DNA of 64,000 nt from Porticoccus sp. W117 (GTDB lineage: Bacteria > Pseudomonadota > Gammaproteobacteria > Pseudomonadales > Porticoccaceae). Under the pieces are notes generated by a model. The model was not told the origin of the DNA. It made no database searches and worked only from the letters and a program-made list of their open reading frames with translations. Both the position numbers and the translations under genes were made by a program. This document shows positions 52,164-58,346 of this stretch, one piece after another. Location: positions 17,406 to 81,405 of the forward strand of contig NZ_JATAAF010000012.1 in assembly GCF_030341905.1 (NCBI RefSeq), read 5' to 3'. The first letter of the stretch is position 1. Each line of letters begins with the position of its first letter.

Positions 52164-53312
52164 TTAGCTGTTGGGAGACAACTTGACCATATCATTCAGC
52201 ACGCTATCGAGACCACCGTAAACGGAGATCTTGTCGATGCGGCCGGTGACACGCTCCAGTGCTTCCAGTTCTTTCAAACGCAGCAGCATTGGGTTGTTTT
52301 CCATCAGCTTGGCGGTGTTATGCAGGGAGCGCATCGCCTGAGTCTCCTCGCGACGCTTGATCAGGTTGGCTTCAGACTCTTTTTGAGCCTCTACAACCTG
52401 ATTCAGAATTTCCTTCATATCACCGGGCAAGATAATGTCTTTTACACCAACGCTTGCCAGTTCAATTCCGTACTCGGTCAGCTTGCTGCGAATACCGTCT
52501 GCAATGGCGACGTTCAAGCTGTCTTTGTCTTCCAGCAAGTTATCCAGCGTCTGGGTTCCTACCGCTTCGCGAAGGTGCAGTTGCAGCTCGCGATAGACAA
52601 AGTTGGCGAAGTCGTTCAGCTTGAGTGCAACGATCTTGGGGTCGATCACCCGGTAGCTACCGCTTAGGTTTACCCGCAAGCTGACACGGTCTTTGGTCAG
52701 GATTTCCTGGCCGCTGACTTCGATCGCTTGCAAGCGCAAATCCAGCAGTTTGACGGCTACTGAGCGGTTGTACCTCCAGTAACCGTAGCTTCCTGGCTGC
52801 AGCAGCTCCTGAAACTTGCCATTAACGGTCAGAAGACCCACGTGCTCGTCGGGTACCTCCACATAGTTGATGGCGTTGGAGGCGTTGCGGCTTTTGCCAA
52901 TGGCCAAACCGCGGCCCAGCAACTTCAGCAGTTTGCTATCAATGGCAAACTTTTCGCTGATATCGATCACATCAATACGCACGTCTTCGATTCCCTTCCA
53001 TACGGCAAGGAAGGTGCCTGGTGCAAGAATATCCACCAGGTGACCATCGCGGTAGAACAGGCCTACCTGCATATCGGTCAGCTCAAAGCGGTCAATAAAA
53101 CCATTCAGCTTTTCGGCCTGAGTATTGAGCAGGAACTTGGCTTTGGCGTGGTCAAAAACAATGTTAGTGGCATCGTATTTTTCCAGGCGAGTTTTGCCAG
53201 CCAATGCGTTAATGCGATGGCGGCCGGGCTCAAGTACTCGGTCCAGCCGGTTGCGCCGGTACAGTAATGCCCGCTCGTTATCGGCGATATCTACAGTATT
53301 CCATAACATCAT
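52164..53312 (-). CDS. SPFH/band-7 (stomatin/prohibitin/flotillin-like) domain protein
   Basis: 382 aa. SPFH-like core (ILTKDRVSLRVNLSGSYRVIDPKIVALKLND) and a coiled-coil C-terminal region. No NfeD partner gene adjacent. Confidence 0.7.
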   Translation of the reverse strand: MMLWNTVDIADNERALLYRRNRLDRVLEPGRHRINALAGKTRLEKYDATNIVFDHAKAKFLLNTQAEKLNGFIDRFELTDMQVGLFYRDGHLVDILAPGTFLAVWKGIEDVRIDVIDISEKFAIDSKLLKLLGRGLAIGKSRNASNAINYVEVPDEHVGLLTVNGKFQELLQPGSYGYWRYNRSVAVKLLDLRLQAIEVSGQEILTKDRVSLRVNLSGSYRVIDPKIVALKLNDFANFVYRELQLHLREAVGTQTLDNLLEDKDSLNVAIADGIRSKLTEYGIELASVGVKDIILPGDMKEILNQVVEAQKESEANLIKRREETQAMRSLHNTAKLMENNPMLLRLKELEALERVTGRIDKISVYGGLDSVLNDMVKLSPNS

Positions 53313-53640
53313 TTTTCTCTCCTTTCTCTTGTTGTTCTTTAGGTTACAAATAAAGCGAGGCTCACCCGAAAACCCTGGGGCTGACAGCTTGATCTGCAGT
53401 GGGTGGCGGGTCAGTGGTTTGCGAATATCTGGTTCATTGCGCCTTTGTGTTAACTACTGCGCGCGTAAAACCCGTATTCAGCAAACTTGACCAGACACCG
53501 TCTACAAACTCCCCTGATAGCGGCAGTGAGATCGGCGTTCCAGTTTGTCAATTCTCTCGTTTGATCCAAAATTCGAATCAAACGATTGATGTCAAACATT
53601 CCAGAACCATGAGCCTCTGGTAGATTTATTTAGCAAGGAC

Positions 53641-53690
53641 CTGAACCTTGTGGGGACTCGAACCCCGGGCCTCTCGGCCTTACCTTTTTG
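53641..53690 (-). other. tRNA 3'-fragment-like element (variable-arm-like hairpin GGCCGAGAGGCC + T-arm-like GGGGTTCGAGTCCCC) immediately 3' of tRNA-Met
   Basis: Minus-strand reading. There is no 5' half. Possible att remnant or degenerate tRNA. Confidence 0.35.
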
Positions 53691-53706
53691 TCGTGTTTCA
53701 GACGAC

Positions 53707-53782
53707 TGGTACTTTGGCAGGATTCGAACCTGCGCCCGATCGATTATGAGTCGATTGCTCTACCCAACTGAGCTACAAAGTC
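53707..53782 (-). tRNA. tRNA with CAU anticodon (Met elongator or Ile2-lysidine type)
   Basis: Cloverleaf with D-arm GCTCAGTTGGGTAGAGC, anticodon loop CTCATAA, T-arm GCAGGTTCGAATCCTGC. By my reading the 1:72 pair is G:A and CCA is not cleanly encoded. Confidence 0.65.
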
Positions 53783-53912
53783 GGTGTTTAGGCCGGTTAT
53801 CAAATTGGTACACAACACATGAAGCATGCTTGTGCCAGGCCGATAATCAGAATCGGCTCCGCTAATTTGAATAACAGTTCCCAAACCTTGTTGTGACAGA
53901 CCGCTTATTGCA

Positions 53913-54476
53913 TTAAGCAGCCTGCCAGCATCTTTGCCCGGTAAACCGAGCTTGCAGGTACTCCATTTGATCGCCGCGAATGCGACGGTTTGCCAAGTAC
54001 ATAAACTCAAATACATTTGGCTCAAAGGGAATAGCCAGCAATTCCATACCTGCCTGCTCCGGTGTGCGGCCACCTTTGTGGCTATTGCAACGGGCGCAGG
54101 CGGCAACCACGTTTACCCAGACATCCGGGCCTCCTTGCACACGGGGCACAATGTGATCTCGGGTCAGTACCCGATCATCAAACTGCTGTCCGCAGTACAT
54201 ACAGCGGTGGCCGTCGCGGCGAAACAGCAGGCGATTGCTCAATGCCGGTATAAAGGCTCTTTTCCCTATGTCACCCTCGCAGGCAATAATGGGGGCAAGC
54301 AGCAAAGACGAGCGCTCACCATGGCTATTGATGCCACCGTTAATACGGTAGTGGTCTTCGCCCAGGCTCCACAGCACTTGCTCTTTCACATACAGAACCA
54401 CAGCCTCTTCAGGGGTAACCCATGATTGAGGCAGACCTGTTTTGTTCAGCCTTAGAATGCTGTTTTGCATTGCCAT
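53913..54476 (-). CDS. HNH endonuclease
   Basis: HNH motif HRCMYCGQQF...TRDHIVPRVQGG...AACARCNSHKG. Start MAMQNS at 54476 with a GGAGAAGGAGA RBS. Embedded in the tRNA array. Confidence 0.8.
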   Translation of the reverse strand: MAMQNSILRLNKTGLPQSWVTPEEAVVLYVKEQVLWSLGEDHYRINGGINSHGERSSLLLAPIIACEGDIGKRAFIPALSNRLLFRRDGHRCMYCGQQFDDRVLTRDHIVPRVQGGPDVWVNVVAACARCNSHKGGRTPEQAGMELLAIPFEPNVFEFMYLANRRIRGDQMEYLQARFTGQRCWQAA

Positions 54477-54518
54477 TTTTCTCTCCTTCTCCAATATCGT
54501 GCTCGGCATTGAGCACTA

Positions 54519-54600
54519 ACACCCGATGCAGGAATCGAACCTGCCACCTTCAGCGCCGCTGACCAAAGTTCCACTCCTGTAGAGCTTTTTAATCAGCTGG
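54519..54600 (-). other. degenerate tRNA-like region (good T-arm GCAGGTTCGATTCCTGC but no complete cloverleaf)
   Basis: Several short hairpins and T-arm-like motifs on both strands. Possible pseudo-tRNA. Confidence 0.3.
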
Positions 54601-54614
54601 ACTGGTCGAGTCCG

Positions 54615-54689
54615 TGGTTGGGGCAGTGGGAGTCGAACCCACCTATGCCGGCTTAAAAGGCCGGTGCACAACCGCTATGCCATACCCCA
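54615..54689 (-). tRNA. tRNA with UUU anticodon (nominally Lys) on a Gln-like body
   Basis: TGGGGTATGGCATAGCGG...CACCGG-CCTTTTAAG-CCGGCAT...GGTTCGACTCC...TGCCCCA-A-CCA. Body matches tRNA-Gln conventions (U1:A72, G2-G4), but loop CUUUUAA and discriminator A73 are Lys-type. Confidence 0.6.
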
Positions 54690-54704
54690 AAAAATCATTA
54701 ACAT

Positions 54705-54778
54705 TGGCTGCGGTGCCTGGAATCGAACCAGGGATATCGGAGTCAAAGTCCGATGCGTTACCATTACGCTACACCGCA
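54705..54778 (-). tRNA. tRNA-Gln (UUG)
   Basis: TGCGGTGTAGCGTAATGGTAACGCATCGGACTTTGACTCCGA...CCTGGTTCGATTCCAGG. U1:A72, anticodon loop CUUUGAC. Confidence 0.8.
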
Positions 54779-54793
54779 TATTTCCTGTGCATT

Positions 54794-54867
54794 TGGGGTG
54801 GCGCCGGGGATCGAACCCTGGTCTCCTGGTTCACAGCCAGGCACTCTGCCACTGAGCTAACACCACC
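54794..54867 (-). tRNA. tRNA-His (GUG) with extra 5' G
   Basis: GGTGGTGTTAGCTCAGTGGCAGAGTGCCTGGCTGTGAACCAGG...GGTTCGATCCCCGGCGCCACCCCA. Confidence 0.85.
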
Positions 54868-54889
54868 GTAGCAACACTTATTTCTAAAT

Positions 54890-55037
54890 TGGTGCCCCAT
54901 CTTGGAGTGACTCGAGCCATCCATGGCTCTCGGGCTGCGCCCGCCTGCGGCGCCCAAATTTGCTCTCCTGCAAATTTGTCGAACCAAGAACCTCCAGAAT
55001 CTAAATCTGGCGCCTCTTCCAATTGGGCCAATGGGGC
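54890..55037 (-). ncRNA. aberrant 148-nt tRNA-like gene: tRNA-type acceptor (GCCCCAT...ATGGGGC-A-CCA), D-arm and anticodon arm (loop TTTAGAT, anticodon UAG) but about 90 nt of extra hairpins where the T-arm should be
   Basis: Read from the minus strand. The termini pair perfectly and end in ACCA. The interior has three hairpins (AAATTTGC/GCAAATTT, a GC-rich stem, GAGCC/GGCTC) instead of a canonical T-arm. Confidence 0.4.
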
Positions 55038-55052
55038 AAATAATTAATTATT

Positions 55053-55127
55053 TGGCTGGCCTGGCAGGACTCGAACCTGCGATATTCCGGTTAACAGCCG
55101 GACGCTTTACCACTCAGCTACAGGCCA
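55053..55127 (-). tRNA. tRNA-Asn (GUU)
   Basis: TGGCCTGTAGCTGAGTGGTAAAGCGTCCGGCTGTTAACCGGA...GCAGGTTCGAGTCCTGCCAGGCCAGCCA. Confidence 0.85.
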
Positions 55128-55140
55128 ACAGCTTTTAAAA

Positions 55141-55183
55141 ACACTAAAAAATAAAACCCCGACTGGGGCTGCCAGACGGGGTT
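55141..55183 (-). terminator. intrinsic terminator (minus-strand sense) insulating the tRNA array from rtcBA readthrough
   Basis: aaccccg...cggggtt hairpin. On the minus strand it is followed by TTTTATTTTTTAGTGTTTTT. Confidence 0.6.
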
Positions 55184-55798
55184 TCGAAATTGCTTTCTAC
55201 TGATCCGAATGGCGTAGCCATTCGGAACTTCCGAAGACTACTTCATTGTTGTTTCTCCTGACCTTCTGCCATTGAGTGAGCCAGAAAATTACGTTGTTTA
55301 TGAGAGAAGAGGGGGCTTACATAGTTTTTGGGCGCATCTTCCCTCTGCCCACTTATCTGCGGGCACAGTTCATTAAAATTCGAAAGTTGTTCTGTCCAAT
55401 TACTCAGCAAGCTATTCTCCTCACTGTTCTCATCATTTTCTTTCGGGTACTAAAAAGCCCGGATCAGTTACCTCGTAAAGAGGTGGCCTGCCGGGCTTTA
55501 CAATAAAATATCATTTCATTGTAAACCTGAAAGGCCAGTTAGCCTTCCAGGTTGAAAGCTAACTAATACGCTACGTTCAGGTGTTCACGATCTAACCCAG
55601 CACACATTGGCTGGCTATTTTTAAATTGCACTATATTTTGGTCGCAACTATCCTGGCACAGTATCGAGCTGTGCTTGGGAAGTGTGTTGTAGATAAAGTC
55701 TATCTTCATTGCGACGATTAAAAATTCAAAAAATATAATTTGGTTGGCAATAATAATCTTCAAAAATATTATGTCAATCAATTTCCGAATTTTAAAAA

Positions 55799-56815
55799 CT
55801 ATTTATCGACAAAAACTTCCCAGTAATCTTTTTTCAGCTCTTTAAGCGAGATGTTTACTCCTGTCATTTGTTTAATCACATCAATATTTGTCAGCAAGTG
55901 CTGACTTGGTTGTAGAGTACGAAAGCATCCTCCATTACCTAATGCCATAGGCAATACCAGTTGATCGGCCAAGTGCTCACCCACTGGTACATCTGCTTCC
56001 AGATAACGCTTCATATCCTTCATCGCTCGCCCGGCAACTCGCTCTGCACTGACATGCCGTTCGCCAACAGATTCAAACACTTCCGTAACTGCTTCTGATG
56101 CAACTTGCAACGATAGTAAGTTGCCAGGGCCTGCGGAGTTAACCAGTTTTTGCGTCAACTCTGATTCGCTCCAGTAGCATTTCTTTTGCACTTGAGCCAA
56201 CTCGCGTTCTGTCACATGCTCTGGCACGCGCGCAGATATGGCGACAGCTTTTCGCTTAATAATTTCGCCTCGCTTGACCAAATCCAGAGACTTGACTCCC
56301 TTGGTTGGTTGTATTCGGGCTTTCCAAAATCCGCCGCCTGCCGGGTAAAAACCGTATCGCTCTAGTTCCACCTCAACATGGCAACCCATTTTATTTATGA
56401 TTGGTAAAAAGCACCGTTCAATAAACTCGAAGCTCGGTGCCATACCGTTATGGGTTCCACCCTCCAGAGTTAATTCGCTAATATCATCAGCAAGAAGCAG
56501 GGGTAGTAGCACCGTCTGGAATACCAACGTCGTACTGCCCGCCGAGCCAATCGCAAAATGGTAGCTGCCTGATTTAACCTTTCCGGGTTCAAACGTCACC
56601 CTGGATGATCCCATTGCATCACCACTGACCTGAGCATTGCAAATGCCCTGAGCAGCCCGCAAGCAGGTTAAATGCTGGCGCAATAATCCCGGCTTGTTTC
56701 TGCCTGCCCGAATATTCTCAATGCAGACCGACTTGCCAAGGCACATGGCCAGGGTCAACGAGGTTCTGAATATTTGCCCTCCACCTTCGCCTTGAGAGCC
56801 GTCGATAGTGATCAT
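55799..56815 (-). CDS. rtcA: RNA 3'-terminal phosphate cyclase
   Basis: MITIDGSQGEGGGQIFRTSLTLAMCLGKSVCIENIRAGRNKPGLLRQHLT aligns with E. coli RtcA. 338 aa. Confidence 0.93.
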   Translation of the reverse strand: MITIDGSQGEGGGQIFRTSLTLAMCLGKSVCIENIRAGRNKPGLLRQHLTCLRAAQGICNAQVSGDAMGSSRVTFEPGKVKSGSYHFAIGSAGSTTLVFQTVLLPLLLADDISELTLEGGTHNGMAPSFEFIERCFLPIINKMGCHVEVELERYGFYPAGGGFWKARIQPTKGVKSLDLVKRGEIIKRKAVAISARVPEHVTERELAQVQKKCYWSESELTQKLVNSAGPGNLLSLQVASEAVTEVFESVGERHVSAERVAGRAMKDMKRYLEADVPVGEHLADQLVLPMALGNGGCFRTLQPSQHLLTNIDVIKQMTGVNISLKELKKDYWEVFVDK

Positions 56816-56910
56816 TCTTCTTTCTCTTTAGCTTGTTTATTCACAACTAGCCGCAAGCGTCCGTCAAAAACGGTCGCCATCCCCTGGCGTAAAAACATCC
56901 CTGTAAACCG

Positions 56911-58137
56911 TTAACCTTTCACGCAGACGACTTGCTTCAGCGTGTAAACCACTTCTACCAAGTCCTTTTGCGCTGCCATCACTTTTTCGATGGGCTTGTA
57001 CGCAGAAGGGGTCTCATCGATTACACCTTGGTCCTTACGGCATTCCACATCCGCTGTGGCCAAGCAATGCTCTTCCAGTGAAACCAGTTTCTTGGCTTGT
57101 GTACGAGACATCACTCGTCCGGCGCCGTGGCTGCAGCTGCAAAAGCTCTCTTCGTTACCCAGGCCGCGAACTATGAAAGACTTTGCTCCCATGCTGCCGG
57201 GAATAATGCCCATCTCACCTTCGCGGGCTCGTACCGCGCCTTTGCGAGTGACCAATACGTTTTTGCCGTAGTGGTTTTCGCGGGAGACGTAGTTATGGTG
57301 GCAGTTCACTGCTTCCATACGCGCCTCAAAGTTGATTTTCATGGTATCGCGCACGGCTTTAATGACTCGGGCCATCATTACCTCGCGGTTCAGCCGGGCA
57401 AATTCCTGCGCCCATTCCACCGCTTCCACATACTGATCAAAGTGCTCAGTGCCTTCCGGCAGGTAAGCCAGATCAGAATCCGGCAGATGGATATGCCAGC
57501 GTTCCATGTCTTTTTTAGCCATCTCGATAAAGTGCGTACCAATACGGTTACCCACTCCGCGAGAGCCGCTATGGAGCATTAACCAAACTGCATCGTGCTC
57601 GTCCAGACACATCTCAATAAAGTGATTGCCGGTACCCAACGTACCCAGGTGGTTCAGGTTATTGGTGTTTTTCAGCACACGGTGCTTTTCTTGCAGCACA
57701 TCGAACTGGCCTGCCAGTTGTGCCCAGGCAGTCATTACGTCGTCCGGCGCATTAGTCCAGGCACCTTTATCCCGGTTGCCTCGGGCGCGAGCAGAACGAC
57801 CGTGAGGTACAGCTTTCTCAATCGCTGAGCGAATACCCGCCAGGTTATCCGGCAGCTGGGAAGCGGTAAGGCTGGTGCGAACCGCCATCATTCCGCAACC
57901 AATATCCACACCCACTGCAGCGGGGATTACTGCGCCCAATGTGGGCACTACGCTACCGATAGTCGCGCCTTTACCCAGGTGCACATCGGGCATGGCCGCT
58001 ACCCACCTATGAATAAAGGGCATACGGGAAATGTTTTTCAGCTGATCTTTGGCCTTATCTTCAAAAGGTACGCCCACAGTCCAGGACTTGATAGGTACGC
58101 CACCATCCTGCATCACTTCGTAAGTTTGTTCATTCAT
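56911..58137 (-). CDS. rtcB: RNA-splicing ligase RtcB
   Basis: 408 aa, near-full-length identity to E. coli RtcB (MPDVHLGKGATIGSV, GTGNHFIE, C-terminal HGAGRVMSRT...VVCVKG). Confidence 0.95.
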   Translation of the reverse strand: MNEQTYEVMQDGGVPIKSWTVGVPFEDKAKDQLKNISRMPFIHRWVAAMPDVHLGKGATIGSVVPTLGAVIPAAVGVDIGCGMMAVRTSLTASQLPDNLAGIRSAIEKAVPHGRSARARGNRDKGAWTNAPDDVMTAWAQLAGQFDVLQEKHRVLKNTNNLNHLGTLGTGNHFIEMCLDEHDAVWLMLHSGSRGVGNRIGTHFIEMAKKDMERWHIHLPDSDLAYLPEGTEHFDQYVEAVEWAQEFARLNREVMMARVIKAVRDTMKINFEARMEAVNCHHNYVSRENHYGKNVLVTRKGAVRAREGEMGIIPGSMGAKSFIVRGLGNEESFCSCSHGAGRVMSRTQAKKLVSLEEHCLATADVECRKDQGVIDETPSAYKPIEKVMAAQKDLVEVVYTLKQVVCVKG

Positions 58138-58185
58138 TTTTCAATTCCTGTAAATAGCTGTTCTCGTTTTTCTTGTTATGGGTAT

Positions 58186-58202
58186 AGCAAGGCGGGGGCC
58201 AA
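58186..58202 (-). promoter_or_regulatory. sigma-54 promoter of rtcBA (TTGGCCCCCGCCTTGCT = TGGC-N7-TTGC)
   Basis: GG and GC elements at the exact consensus spacing. About 45 bp upstream of the rtcB start. Divergent from rtcR. Confidence 0.75.
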
Positions 58203-58346
58203 CTTTTGTAGTGAGGTGAAAATATTTCTTAAGTTGCTGAAAATAAAAGAATAAATATTTTTATTATGCTGAGGCTAGTGATTGCAGCAAAAAATTAAGT
58301 TAAATTTAACTATCAAAATAGATATAAAAATAATATATTCGATATT

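Noticed and set aside
53313-53640. Integrase gene or fragment at the island/tRNA junction
   Set aside because: The six-frame translations here (for example the 57-aa minus-strand ORF MFDINRLIRIL...) show no tyrosine-recombinase motifs. None is called.
54890-55037. tmRNA, 4.5S/SRP RNA or 6S RNA identity for the 148-nt tRNA-like element
   Set aside because: It lacks the tmRNA tag-reading frame and pseudoknots, the SRP GGAAGCAGCC-type motif and the 6S central bubble. It is retained only as an aberrant tRNA-like gene.
55276-55506. 76-aa ORF in the AT-rich spacer between the tRNA array and rtcA
   Set aside because: GTG start without RBS. Sits in AT-rich spacer DNA. One hydrophobic stretch is insufficient. 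Left uncalled.
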